This document shows positions 28,043 to 38,279 of a stretch of DNA of 48,935 nucleotides, in pieces. Origin of the DNA: Nitrosarchaeum sp. GTDB lineage: Archaea > Thermoproteota > Nitrososphaeria > Nitrososphaerales > Nitrosopumilaceae. Position numbers and translations under genes: made by a program. The notes beneath the pieces were generated by a model. That model saw nothing but the letters and a program-made list of their open reading frames with translations, did no database searches and was not told where the DNA came from. How positions within the stretch are numbered: the first letter of the stretch is position 1; each line of letters opens with the position of its first letter. Location of the stretch: contig JAERMO010000002.1 in the NCBI GenBank assembly GCA_016844465.1, positions 1-48,935 of the forward strand, read 5' to 3'.

Positions 28043-29312
28043 TTAATTTAAGAGCTGTTGATACTACATCTGACCCTTGAATTAGTCCAATACTTCCTTT
28101 ATTAGCTTGTTTCTCAGTCATTCTTGTAGTTCCATCATTTTTGATAAAATCCCCTGATACCAAAATTGGTACAGGATCATCACTGTGACCTTTATTGATA
28201 CACGGAGTTGAATGATCTGCAGAAATAACAATGGCTACTTTACTAGAATCGATATTATCTAGCAATGTTTTGAAAAATCTTTTATCGATCTCTTCTATGT
28301 TTTTCATTTTTCCAATCGCATCACCATCGTGACCAAATTCATCTGGACCTTTCAGATGTACATAAATTGCATTTTGAGTTTTCATTGCGTTTGCAGCCAC
28401 TCTTGCTTTTTCTTCATAATCTGTTAATCCTCCCGCTTCAAATGCTTTCATTTCCAGTACTTTAGAAATTCCAATCTCCACAGGCATATCTACAATGCAA
28501 GAGAAATTCATTGAATGCATTTCATTGATTGGTTTTACATCTGGATATTTGTTTCCAGCATCCCTAAGTAAAATACAACTGAGGCTTTTCTTTTTAGCCT
28601 GGATTCTTTTTTTGTTAATTGAACTTTCCTTCATAATTGTTAACGATTGTTCTGTAAATTCATTAACTAATTTTGCTGATGTCTTGGAATTTATTGTTTC
28701 ATCTAAAGGGAGACATTTTTCAATTCGTAAAAAATCTCCAACAGCTTTTGCAATACCCATTCCATCTACTCTAGCATACGCTGGGTCTGTATTGGTTATT
28801 TCAGATGATAGTTTTTCACCTATTGTTCTGATCCTTACTGTGACTCTATGTCCTATTGTGGGTGATACCACTACTGATGAACTTGGATGTGAAAATTTAA
28901 TATTATTTTCAATTTCTCTTGCAATTCCATCTGCATCCTCTTTTTCTATATGTCTTCCTGCCCGTCTATCAATAATTACCCCTTCATCATTTAATGTGGC
29001 AAAGTTGCCTCTTAGTGCCAAATCACCATCTTTGAAATCAATCCCGACTCCAATTGCTTCTATGACTCCCCTACCTGCATAATCAGCATGGTGAAATTTG
29101 TATCCTAGCATATTAAAAACGGCAATATCCGATTCTGGAGCTATTCCTTTTCCTACTGAAATTACTTCTCCAATTACTCCATTTTTTGCTAATTTGTCAA
29201 GAGTTGGTGTATTGGCAGCTTCAAGTGGTGTTTTTCCACCCAAATCAGGATGTGGAAGATCACCTACCCCATCTAAAAGAACGTAGATCATATGAATATT
29301 GGAATTATTCAT
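28023..29312 (-). CDS. apgM: 2,3-bisphosphoglycerate-independent phosphoglycerate mutase
   Basis: LLDGVGD, TPLEAANTP, HLKGPDEFGHDG, ADHSTP, HSDDPVP. Confidence 0.93.
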   Translation of the reverse strand: MNNSNIHMIYVLLDGVGDLPHPDLGGKTPLEAANTPTLDKLAKNGVIGEVISVGKGIAPESDIAVFNMLGYKFHHADYAGRGVIEAIGVGIDFKDGDLALRGNFATLNDEGVIIDRRAGRHIEKEDADGIAREIENNIKFSHPSSSVVVSPTIGHRVTVRIRTIGEKLSSEITNTDPAYARVDGMGIAKAVGDFLRIEKCLPLDETINSKTSAKLVNEFTEQSLTIMKESSINKKRIQAKKKSLSCILLRDAGNKYPDVKPINEMHSMNFSCIVDMPVEIGISKVLEMKAFEAGGLTDYEEKARVAANAMKTQNAIYVHLKGPDEFGHDGDAIGKMKNIEEIDKRFFKTLLDNIDSSKVAIVISADHSTPCINKGHSDDPVPILVSGDFIKNDGTTRMTEKQANKGSIGLIQGSDVVSTALKLIKSQIT

Positions 29313-29553
29313 ACTTGCCACATTCTCCAAATTTTTATTGCTCTCCTTTAAATCTTACATCAAAAAATGCGATCTAGATAAAACAATCATTTTCAACCCT
29401 GAAAATCATTTAGGATTTTTACAAATCACTATTTTGTATTTTAAAAAAATTATATCTGATCAAAAAGAATTTTATTTTAAATGAAAATATTTTTTTCTGA
29501 TTTTTCAGTATATCAGTAAACGTTTTAACATGCTTAGACCTTCAGTATGAATT

Positions 29554-30570
29554 ATGGGAGATATGCGAAAAGACTATGTTTCAGATCGTTTTATGATTGT
29601 CTCAAAAAAAGATGATAAAATAATTGATCCAAAAAAATCACCATTTGCTCCTGGAAATGAATCTATGACTAATCCCTCAGTTCTTTCTTTAGTTGCTAAA
29701 GATGGTATGTTGCAACGTCTTCAAGACAGTGAGGATGATTATGTAAAAGGTTGGTCTATTAGAGTTTTTGAAAGTAAAAACCCAATAGTTTCAATTGAAA
29801 CAGAAAATTCATACAGTGATAGACCTCATTATAGTGAACCAGCTTATGGCTATCACTACATTGTTGTTGCTTCTCCTAAAGAAAAAGATACTCTAGCTAC
29901 TATTGATACTGAACAGTGGTCAAATGTACTTGTGGTTGTTCAGGATAGATTGCGATGGTTATATACACAAAAGGGCGTATCGTATGTTTCAATTTATGCC
30001 GATCAGGGAGAATCTGCTGGAAGTCAAAACCCTCACCCCCATTTGAATATCTTAACATTTTCAACCATCCCTCCAATTATTGAAGAAGAGGCCGAAGCAT
30101 CTCATAAAATTCTTAACGAAAAAGGCGTATGCCCAATGTGCCAAACTGTCAATGAAGAAATAGGTGGTCCAAGGCAGATTATTCAATCTGAAGGATTTAT
30201 TGCATTTTGTCCTTGGGCACCATCATATCCATATGAATTTTGGATTTCTCCAAAAAAACATGCGACTGGATTTTCTAAAATCACTCAAAAAGAAATTAAT
30301 GATTTGGCTCTGATATTGCGAGCTACTCTTGGTGGGTTATCAAAAACAGTAAAAGATGTTTCATATAATATGGTATTTCATTTATCTCCTGAAAAAAAAA
30401 ATAGTCGACAAATTCACTGGCACATTGAAATCTATCCAATAACTAAATCTTGGACAGGTCTTGAAAGAGGATATGGTGTATTTCTTAATGATTTATCTCC
30501 AGAACAGGCAGCAGAAAAGCTTGGTGTATCCTGCAGAAAAGAGTTGGCAAATCTTGTCGGTATTGTCTGA
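29554..30570 (+). CDS. galT: Galactose-1-phosphate uridylyltransferase (GalT)-family HIT protein
   Basis: PFAPGNE, AGSQNPHPH, CPMC, HWHIEIYP, GLERGYG. Confidence 0.82.
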   Translation: MGDMRKDYVSDRFMIVSKKDDKIIDPKKSPFAPGNESMTNPSVLSLVAKDGMLQRLQDSEDDYVKGWSIRVFESKNPIVSIETENSYSDRPHYSEPAYGYHYIVVASPKEKDTLATIDTEQWSNVLVVVQDRLRWLYTQKGVSYVSIYADQGESAGSQNPHPHLNILTFSTIPPIIEEEAEASHKILNEKGVCPMCQTVNEEIGGPRQIIQSEGFIAFCPWAPSYPYEFWISPKKHATGFSKITQKEINDLALILRATLGGLSKTVKDVSYNMVFHLSPEKKNSRQIHWHIEIYPITKSWTGLERGYGVFLNDLSPEQAAEKLGVSCRKELANLVGIV

Positions 30571-30604
30571 ATAGTTTATTTATCAACTAGATTTTGTTAA
30601 TGTT

Positions 30605-31045
30605 ATGTCTCTTGAAAAATGGGCCGCAATAGCTAGCATTGGATTGTTTGCAATGTTTGTTGGAGAAATGATTACGATTTATAATTTTATGACTGATATT
30701 CCAACCAATTTTGAATTTGGTGTTGGTTTTGAGCCAAATCCAAAAATCCTTCAATTTATTTCAATTGGAATAGCTCCCGCATCTATTTTAGCTGCACTTT
30801 CGTTTATTCTGTCGAAGCGTTATGGATCTAAACAAATTGGTTCCATGATACTAGGTGGTGGAATTATTTTGTTAATTGGAATGACATATTGCTATACTCT
30901 CTTGGATAATCTTATTGTTTCCTATTTGACAGACGTAGTAAAAATAACTCCTCCTCTTTTCATGGGTATTTCTATACCTGTAATGACGGTTGGAATATTT
31001 CTGATAAAAACGAACAAGAAACGTCCTAAAAAAGAATATTTCTAA
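30605..31045 (+). CDS. Four-TM hypothetical membrane protein
   Basis: Four hydrophobic segments. Confidence 0.78.
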   Translation: MSLEKWAAIASIGLFAMFVGEMITIYNFMTDIPTNFEFGVGFEPNPKILQFISIGIAPASILAALSFILSKRYGSKQIGSMILGGGIILLIGMTYCYTLLDNLIVSYLTDVVKITPPLFMGISIPVMTVGIFLIKTNKKRPKKEYF

Positions 31046-31488
31046 ATATGATCAAATCTTAATGCGTTTGCATTATGTCTAAAACCTAATTTTTCATAAA
31101 ATGGTTTTACTTCGTCAACACAATCTAAGATAGTTTTGTAGCAGCCTTCATCCCCGGCATATTTTAATATGTAGTTTACAATTTTCTCTCCAAGTCCTTT
31201 TCCCTGATGCTCTTTGTTTACAACAACATCTTCAATATGGCCAACTTTTCCTCCATTATGAATAAACTTGATTTCTATCAAGAGTGTTGTAGAACCAACT
31301 ATTTTTCCATCAATAACTGCCACTGCAATTACATGTTCAGGATTTTGATTTATTTTATCAAAAACCTTTTCCGCAATTTTTTTATCTATGTCGCTTGCTT
31401 GACGAAGAGAATCAAGTGTTGTTAAAAACCCATTCCACAAATCCTCTTTTTGTAATTTTCTGATAGTTATGTTGTTATTTTTTTCCAT
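31042..31488 (-). CDS. GNAT acetyltransferase, glucosamine-6-phosphate N-acetyltransferase-like
   Basis: KFIHNGGKVGHIEDVVV, QGKGLG, GCYKTILDC, FYEKLGF. Confidence 0.88.
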   Translation of the reverse strand: MEKNNNITIRKLQKEDLWNGFLTTLDSLRQASDIDKKIAEKVFDKINQNPEHVIAVAVIDGKIVGSTTLLIEIKFIHNGGKVGHIEDVVVNKEHQGKGLGEKIVNYILKYAGDEGCYKTILDCVDEVKPFYEKLGFRHNANALRFDHI

Positions 31489-32189
31489 TAAATCTTTCCA
31501 AGATTCTGAAGATATTCTTTATTTGCCTTTAGGTATGTTGCTTTATTTCCAATATCGAGGAATTGATCTTTGGAAACAATACTGTTGACAATCTTCTTTT
31601 TACTCATCGCTTTTTTAATTACATCATCCATTCCATATGGTATATTTTTTGGAATTAGATCCAGCACGCCTGGCTCCATTACATAACAACCCATGTTGAT
31701 ATTTGCCTTGATTTCTGGTTTTTCATTCCAAGCAATTACTTTACCTGTTTTTGTAGTTTCTATTACTCCGTATGGAAGATTTGTTTTGTATTCATTCAAA
31801 CTCATCGTGACGAATGATTTTTGTCGATAATGCTGATCTATCATTTTTCGCAGATTAAAATTATATATGGAATCTCCATACATGCAAACAAAAGTATCAT
31901 CGAGGAATTTCTCTGCTGTTTTAAGTTGACCCGCTGTAGCTAATGGTTTATTGGAAATTGCATATTCAATATTTACTCCAAATTCGCTACCGTCTCCAAA
32001 ATAATCTTCAATTTTTTTTCTTAGATAACTAACACATAATACGAATGATTTTACTCCATTTTTGCTTGTCCAGTCTATAAGATGTTCCAAAATTGGTTTG
32101 TCTCCTAATGGCAGCATTGGCTTTGGGAGGAATATTGTGTATGGTTGTAATCTCGTGCCTAATCCACCTGCAAGTATAACTGCCTTCAT
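31488..32189 (-). CDS. Sugar-phosphate nucleotidyltransferase
   Basis: ILAGGLGTRLQPYT..LPKPM. Confidence 0.92.
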   Translation of the reverse strand: MKAVILAGGLGTRLQPYTIFLPKPMLPLGDKPILEHLIDWTSKNGVKSFVLCVSYLRKKIEDYFGDGSEFGVNIEYAISNKPLATAGQLKTAEKFLDDTFVCMYGDSIYNFNLRKMIDQHYRQKSFVTMSLNEYKTNLPYGVIETTKTGKVIAWNEKPEIKANINMGCYVMEPGVLDLIPKNIPYGMDDVIKKAMSKKKIVNSIVSKDQFLDIGNKATYLKANKEYLQNLGKI

Positions 32190-32251
32190 GAGATTTTCTT
32201 TGAAATATGACTATTTATTCTAAGATATGGATTCCTGCAGAACAACCAAAA

Positions 32252-33556
32252 TCAATTAAATAGTCTTAAAAATTTTTTAATGACTAATGATGGTGTTTTT
32301 GCAAAAACTATCGTCATTGGCTCTTTTCCAAAATCCCCTCTATGATAAATGACATCTGGTTGTTTTTCTGACATTTCTATTGCCATTTTTATTCCCCACA
32401 CAATAGATGATCCTTCTTTGCTTTTCACTTTTTTGGGTTCCTCACTTCTATTGTAACTGGAAATTACCAGGCCTGCCTTGGTTAGTTTTGAAATATCTTC
32501 TCTATCATATTTTAAATTAATTGCTGATCTTATTTCTGGATATTTTTTGTTCATTGAAATTAACGCTGTTGCCACATGTTTTGAACCCCCATATGAGAGC
32601 TCTCCTGCAACTACTATTCTGTTTCCAGTTTTTACAATTCTTCCCGAAACTCCAAGTACATCCTCAATTGATTTAGGGTTTTTTTTTGAAAACACAAAAT
32701 TTGTTTGGCATTCAGGAATTTTTTTATAAGCATCTTTGATCTCTATAAAACTGTTAATTGCATGAGTTAATTCTACACGAATGACATCTTCATTTTTTAC
32801 CTGTGTAATAGCTACTCCACTTCCAATGTTTTTAGCATTTTTAATTGAATTCACTGTAAATTGTTTTGAAAATTTTACTGCTTCTTTTATTGGTTTTCCA
32901 TTTGCTAATGCAAATAACATTGATGCTGCATAATTGCAGCCACTTCCATGATTAATTTTTAAAATTTTTTTACTTGATACCGTGTATTGTTTTTTTCCTT
33001 CTAATATGAAATCTGAAATTTGGTTATTTTTTATTTCTAGTCCTGTGATTACAACATTTTCTGTACCCATGTTTTGAATTTTTTGGGCAATTTTTTGAAG
33101 AGATTTTCTAGAATCAATTTTATTTTTTGAAAGAAATTCCGCTTCAAACTTATTTGGTGTAATTACTGTGGCTAAGGGAATTAAAAAATTTTTAAAATCT
33201 TTAACAGCTGATTTCTCTATGAGTGACCCTCCGGTTGTAGACCTTATTACAGGATCTAATACGATTGGAATATTTGCATTCTTAATTTCATTATAAATTA
33301 TTTTTATTATATCTGAATTGTATACCATTCCAATTTTTATCCCATTGATTTTAAAATCTGAAAAAATAGAATCGATTTGGTTTTGCAGTATTTTTTTTGA
33401 TACTGGTTCAATAATTCCAAAACGTGAAGTATTTTGACTTGTTACCGCAGTAATTATTGTTAAACCATAAGCATTAAGAGAATCAAATGTTTTGATGTCG
33501 CTCTGTATACCTGCACCGCATGATGGATCGGAGCCACCTATTGAAAGTAAATTCAT
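32252..33556 (-). CDS. thiDN: HMP/HMP-P kinase fused to ThiN thiamine-phosphate synthase
   Basis: GGSDPSCGAGIQSD, HGSGC; C-terminal PECQTN, GGSKHVA, GDFGKEP. Confidence 0.93.
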   Translation of the reverse strand: MNLLSIGGSDPSCGAGIQSDIKTFDSLNAYGLTIITAVTSQNTSRFGIIEPVSKKILQNQIDSIFSDFKINGIKIGMVYNSDIIKIIYNEIKNANIPIVLDPVIRSTTGGSLIEKSAVKDFKNFLIPLATVITPNKFEAEFLSKNKIDSRKSLQKIAQKIQNMGTENVVITGLEIKNNQISDFILEGKKQYTVSSKKILKINHGSGCNYAASMLFALANGKPIKEAVKFSKQFTVNSIKNAKNIGSGVAITQVKNEDVIRVELTHAINSFIEIKDAYKKIPECQTNFVFSKKNPKSIEDVLGVSGRIVKTGNRIVVAGELSYGGSKHVATALISMNKKYPEIRSAINLKYDREDISKLTKAGLVISSYNRSEEPKKVKSKEGSSIVWGIKMAIEMSEKQPDVIYHRGDFGKEPMTIVFAKTPSLVIKKFLRLFN

Positions 33557-33709
33557 AATAATATTTTAAAAACGATTTATCTTAATCTGTTTTTCCTTTT
33601 AATTCAAATTGTATACTTTTGTAATAATTTCATGCAATTACATCATTTTAATTTATTCAATAGTGATAACAGGGCATTTATAGTTGTAAAATAATTTTTA
33701 TTTATTAAT

Positions 33710-33901
33710 TTGAATAATGATAAGATTCCTCTAATACGTAATGCTGAAGAACTACTATGTACTACATGTTTGCTTCCTATGCAATATCAAAAGAAAATGG
33801 ATAATGTTTTTCTCTGGCAATGTTTCAAGTGCGGCAAAAAATATTTTGTCTCTAATACTTCTGATATCTATACTGTTATAGAAACTTGGAGTTCATCTTA
33901 A
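33710..33901 (+). CDS. Small zinc-ribbon protein
   Basis: CTTC...WQCFKCGKKY. Confidence 0.55.
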   Translation: MNNDKIPLIRNAEELLCTTCLLPMQYQKKMDNVFLWQCFKCGKKYFVSNTSDIYTVIETWSSS

Positions 33902-34338
33902 TAAAAAATTTATGAGAATTATGATCTTAAAAATAAAAATTAGTCCCATGAAAAATATGTACTTTGTTTAGTGAACCCTAAACTAATTTTCAAAATAATC
34001 AAATATTTTTTTATCATTCTCAAAGAAAAACACTAATTTAGATAGAATATCTTCAATCAAATTGGGCCATTATTTTCATACTTTCTACCTACTATTTTTC
34101 ACTTTGATGAATTAGATTGCTATTTTCTACGATGTATGTTTAACGTATTTGTAATGACAAAATTTATCCTTCAAACTTTGAAATTCTTTTCTATCTTGAA
34201 TACATTTTTTTGTTACCGATCTTATGCTCGTTCATCCGCTCGAATTCGATCATTTTTATCATCGTCTTAATGATCTTTCAGAATTTATGATGTTTAGCTA
34301 CCGTTATTGTTTAAATCAGACTAAAAGATAGGTATTGC

Positions 34339-35664
34339 ATGGGTACGCAAATGAGTGCAGCACGAAGAGGTGTTGCTACGGATGAAATGAAAACAGTGGC
34401 AAAATACGAAGACGTTACTTTAGAATGGTTATTGCCTAAAATTGCCAACGGCTCTATCATTATACCTAGTAATAATATAAGGCCACAAAAAATTCATAAC
34501 GTTGGAATAGGTAAAGGTCTTAAAACTAAAGTGAATGTTAACATAGGTACCTCTACCCTAAATGTAAACTTGGAAGATGAAATTAAAAAAGCAAAGATTG
34601 CAGTAAAATATCATGCAGATACAATAATGGATTTGAGTGATGGAGGTGATATTAAAAAAATACGGCAAACTTTGTTAGAGGCTGCACCAATAACATTTGG
34701 AACCGTTCCGATTTATGAAGCATATAATTATGCTGTAGAAGTTCATAAAAATCCATTAAACCTAACTGAAGATGATTTTTTAACTGCATTTGAAAATAAT
34801 GCAAAAGATGGTGTTGATTATACTACAATTCATTGTGGAATTACAAAGGATATTGCAAAAAGAATTCTAAAAGTTCAACGGTATGGCGGTGTTGTAAGTA
34901 AAGGTGGTACTATTACTGCTGCATGGATGTTAAAACATGATAAAGAAAATCCATATTTGACACACTATGATTATCTAATTGAAATTGCTAAAAAATACGA
35001 TGTTACATTTAGTTTAGGTGATGCCTTGCGACCCGGCTCTATACTTGATTCTCATGATGAACTCCAAATTCAAGAAATGATTAATGTGGCACAACTAACT
35101 AAACGTGCTCATGAGCAAGATATTCAAGTAATGGTTGAAGGTCCTGGGCATGTTCCATTAAATGAAGTAGCTACTAACGTTAGATTGGCTAAATCCTTAA
35201 TTGGAAATGTGCCTTACTATGTTTTAGGCCCACTGGTGACGGATGTTGCATCTGGACATGATCATATTGCAAGTGCCATTGGTGCAGCAGTATCTGCAAG
35301 TGAGGGTGTAGATTTACTATGTTATCTTACTCCATCTGAACATCTTGCGTTGCCAAATGCCGAAGAAGTTAAGGCTGGTCTAATTGCATATAGAATTGCT
35401 GCACATGCAGGTGATTTGGTGAAAATTCGTGATAAAGCAATAAAATGGGATCTTGCGATGACTGAAGCTCGACGTACATTAGATTGGGAAAAACAACTTG
35501 CACTATCTATTGATCCTGAAGAAGCGGCTAAAATTCATAGTCGTACTGGTCAACATCCTGGAAACAATGTCCCATGTACAATGTGCGGTGGTGCGTGCGT
35601 ATATGTGATGTTGCCCCAACAAAGAAAATATGAAAAAGTAGAAAAATTACAACAGATTGAATAA
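34339..35664 (+). CDS. thiC: Phosphomethylpyrimidine synthase
   Basis: KVNVNIGTS, SLGDALRPGS, EGPGHVP, CTMCGGAC. Confidence 0.97.
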   Translation: MGTQMSAARRGVATDEMKTVAKYEDVTLEWLLPKIANGSIIIPSNNIRPQKIHNVGIGKGLKTKVNVNIGTSTLNVNLEDEIKKAKIAVKYHADTIMDLSDGGDIKKIRQTLLEAAPITFGTVPIYEAYNYAVEVHKNPLNLTEDDFLTAFENNAKDGVDYTTIHCGITKDIAKRILKVQRYGGVVSKGGTITAAWMLKHDKENPYLTHYDYLIEIAKKYDVTFSLGDALRPGSILDSHDELQIQEMINVAQLTKRAHEQDIQVMVEGPGHVPLNEVATNVRLAKSLIGNVPYYVLGPLVTDVASGHDHIASAIGAAVSASEGVDLLCYLTPSEHLALPNAEEVKAGLIAYRIAAHAGDLVKIRDKAIKWDLAMTEARRTLDWEKQLALSIDPEEAAKIHSRTGQHPGNNVPCTMCGGACVYVMLPQQRKYEKVEKLQQIE

Positions 35665-36051
35665 TACTTTTTCAAGACTAGGTACTGTGCTGAACTTTTG
35701 CAATTCCTCTCTCTCTATCCATCTGTATTCTGAATTTTCCCAATTTAATTTAATTTGTAGATTTTTTGCGCCAAACAAAAAGCCATAGATTTCCCATTCA
35801 TGATTCTCATACTGCGGTGAATTTACTTTAAACACATCTGCAACTCTTAACAATTTAATTTCGTCTTCAAAAATGCCAGTTTCTTCATAAATCTCAATTT
35901 TTGCTCTATCTAACGGCTCTTCATTTTTTTCTATTATTCCGCTAACTCCTGCCCATAAACCTTTCATTGTTTTTACTTTGTTACTTCTTTTGAGAATAAG
36001 TAATTTTTGATTATCTTGAATAAAAGATGTAACGATCTTGGTTGAGCGCAT
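35647..36051 (-). CDS. NUDIX hydrolase
   Basis: Nudix box GIIEKNEEPLDRAKIEIYEETG; LNWEN. Confidence 0.9.
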   Translation of the reverse strand: MRSTKIVTSFIQDNQKLLILKRSNKVKTMKGLWAGVSGIIEKNEEPLDRAKIEIYEETGIFEDEIKLLRVADVFKVNSPQYENHEWEIYGFLFGAKNLQIKLNWENSEYRWIEREELQKFSTVPSLEKVLFNLL

Positions 36052-36056
36052 TTTGT

Positions 36057-36908
36057 CTATTTTTCGACGGCATTTACCATTTTTGTCAATCTTTTATATG
36101 ATGCATCTAAATTCGTATTTGCAGAAAGTCTAGATTGACAAGTCTTAATGTAATCGATTACTTCCTCTGTTTTTGATTCTTGCACTGCTGTGAGTAATTT
36201 TCCTATGTCTTTCCAGAATTCTTCTGCGACTCTTCTTATTTCTGGATTTGCTATTATCGTTTCAATCAATTCTGGGGATTCTGTCATGATGCTTTCTGCA
36301 AGAGTTTTTTGAACTCTAAAAGTTGTTCCAGACATTTTTTCTGTTAATGACATTTTTTCATCTTTTGAAACTATGTTTGCAAATACAAGATTGATCAAGT
36401 GTGTTAATCCCAATATGACTGCAATTTTTTTATCATGTTCTATTGCATCAATTGTTATAAAATTTGCTCCTTCGAAAAGTTCTTTTGCAACCGCTAATTC
36501 TTTTTTGGCATCTTTTATTGGAATTGAAATTATGTTTTGTCCTTTAATGGATCTTGCACCTGGTCCAAACATAGGGTGGATGCATATAGGATTAATTTTT
36601 GCTGGCATTTTTAATAACGATGAAACTACTTTAGATTTTTCAGATGAAATTTCAATTAAATATGTTCCGCGTTTCATTTCTTTTGCAATCAATCTAATGA
36701 TCTCGGGCGTTCTCCTTGTGGGCGTACATAATACTACATAATCTGCTTTCAAAATTCCACCAACTAATGAATCTGACTGGATTATTCCTTTACCTAGAAT
36801 TTTATTTTCAGTATCAAAACCTGTTACATCAAAACCAATATCTGAAAAATACTTGACAAACCATTGCCCCATTTGTCCCCCTGCCCCAATTACTGTTATG
36901 GTCTTCAT
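36057..36908 (-). CDS. tyrA: Prephenate/arogenate dehydrogenase
   Basis: GAGGQMG, HPMFGP, EHDK...LTH. Confidence 0.92.
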   Translation of the reverse strand: MKTITVIGAGGQMGQWFVKYFSDIGFDVTGFDTENKILGKGIIQSDSLVGGILKADYVVLCTPTRRTPEIIRLIAKEMKRGTYLIEISSEKSKVVSSLLKMPAKINPICIHPMFGPGARSIKGQNIISIPIKDAKKELAVAKELFEGANFITIDAIEHDKKIAVILGLTHLINLVFANIVSKDEKMSLTEKMSGTTFRVQKTLAESIMTESPELIETIIANPEIRRVAEEFWKDIGKLLTAVQESKTEEVIDYIKTCQSRLSANTNLDASYKRLTKMVNAVEK

Positions 36909-38275
36909 TTTTTATCTCTCATAGTATTACTAAGTATGTTCATTCCCTCAATTAGTATTTTTTCGTCTTGACATGCAGATATTCTGATGAAATTCTGATA
37001 TTCTCCAAAGCCTTCTCCTGGGGCTACTGCCAATCCCTTCTTCAGAAGATTGTTTGCAAATTCTGCCCCATTAAACCCCTCTTCATTAACACGCGCAAAA
37101 ATGTACATAGCGCCATCTGGGACAACAAAATTTAATTTCATTTCTTTTGCTTTTTCAGTCAACACATTTATTCTGCTTTGTACTGTATTAGTGTTGTTTG
37201 TTATGTCTGCTTCTAATGCTTTCATAGCAATATACTGAATAGGTTCAGAAACATTTGTGAGGCAAAGTGCTTGTAATGTGGATAGTTTATTGATTATTTT
37301 GGAGCTTGCAATTGCATAACCAATTCTAAATCCTGTCATTGCATGTGATTTTGAAAATGATTGTGTAATGATACTTTTATCATAATTATAGCATAATACG
37401 CTTTTCCAATTCTTGAAGGCGTATTGAGAATAAATCTCATCACTTAGAATGTATAAATTGTTTTCAATTGCTAAATTTACAATCTCATCTTGCAATCTTT
37501 CCGGAAGAATTTTTCCTGTTGGATTATTTGGATAGTTCAATACGATCATTTTTGTATTCGCATTAATGACCTTCTTAATTTGATCAATTGATGGTTCCCA
37601 TTTTCCTTCTAATGTAGTAGCAATTGTCCTTACCTTAACTCCTGAATTTAATGCACATTCCTTGTATGCGGGCCATGCTGGTTCAATGATTATTAATTCA
37701 TCTCCTGGATTCAACAATGTATTGATTGTGGTGAAAACTGAAAATCTTGCACCTGGACTAACTATTATGTTGTCCCTTGAAATACTTACGCCAAATTTTT
37801 TTGAGGAATATTTTGCAATCGCTTCTCTGAACGATGGCATTCCTTGCGCTTGACCATATTTTAAAAAACCTTTATCGAAAACTTCTGTAAGGGCTTTTTT
37901 TACAATTTGTGGTGGTGAAAAATCAGGTTCCCCAACCTCCATGTGGATGATTTTCTTGCCTTCAAGCTCCATCGATTTTGCCTTAAGAAAAATTGATAGA
38001 TGAGTTTGCTTATTGTCTGATTGAATTTTAACCGATTCGTTAAGCAAAAAATTTAAAAATCGTGTGGCAATTGATTCATCAAAATCTAAATCGCTACATA
38101 ACGTGATTACTTTAGTACGCAAATTATCTTCTCTTGTTTCATCCGTAATTCCTTTTCCTGCGTTTTTTTTAATTTCTCCTATTTCTTTTGAAATATTTGT
38201 TCTTGTTTTAAGCATCTTAATCATTTCAATGGTGATTTCGTCCATTTTATTACGAAGTGTGTTGATTTCAGTCAT
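36905..38275 (-). CDS. Chorismate mutase-like domain fused to class I/II aminotransferase
   Basis: N-term LRNKMDEI...IGEIKK...D..RE; GEPDF, NYPNNPTG, DEIY, SFSKSHAMTGFRIG. Confidence 0.9.
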   Translation of the reverse strand: MTEINTLRNKMDEITIEMIKMLKTRTNISKEIGEIKKNAGKGITDETREDNLRTKVITLCSDLDFDESIATRFLNFLLNESVKIQSDNKQTHLSIFLKAKSMELEGKKIIHMEVGEPDFSPPQIVKKALTEVFDKGFLKYGQAQGMPSFREAIAKYSSKKFGVSISRDNIIVSPGARFSVFTTINTLLNPGDELIIIEPAWPAYKECALNSGVKVRTIATTLEGKWEPSIDQIKKVINANTKMIVLNYPNNPTGKILPERLQDEIVNLAIENNLYILSDEIYSQYAFKNWKSVLCYNYDKSIITQSFSKSHAMTGFRIGYAIASSKIINKLSTLQALCLTNVSEPIQYIAMKALEADITNNTNTVQSRINVLTEKAKEMKLNFVVPDGAMYIFARVNEEGFNGAEFANNLLKKGLAVAPGEGFGEYQNFIRISACQDEKILIEGMNILSNTMRDKK

Positions 38276-38279
38276 TTTC

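Noticed and set aside
28495-29082. 195-aa + strand ORF and similar antisense ORFs (e.g. 38428-38841, 40423-40902, 42160-42597, 47436-47840)
   Set aside because: Shadows of well-supported genes on the opposite strand
33900-34338. TPP riboswitch upstream of thiC
   Set aside because: TPP aptamer core words (CUGAGA, ACCUGA) not found; only a small GATCATT/AATGATC hairpin near 34247-34274
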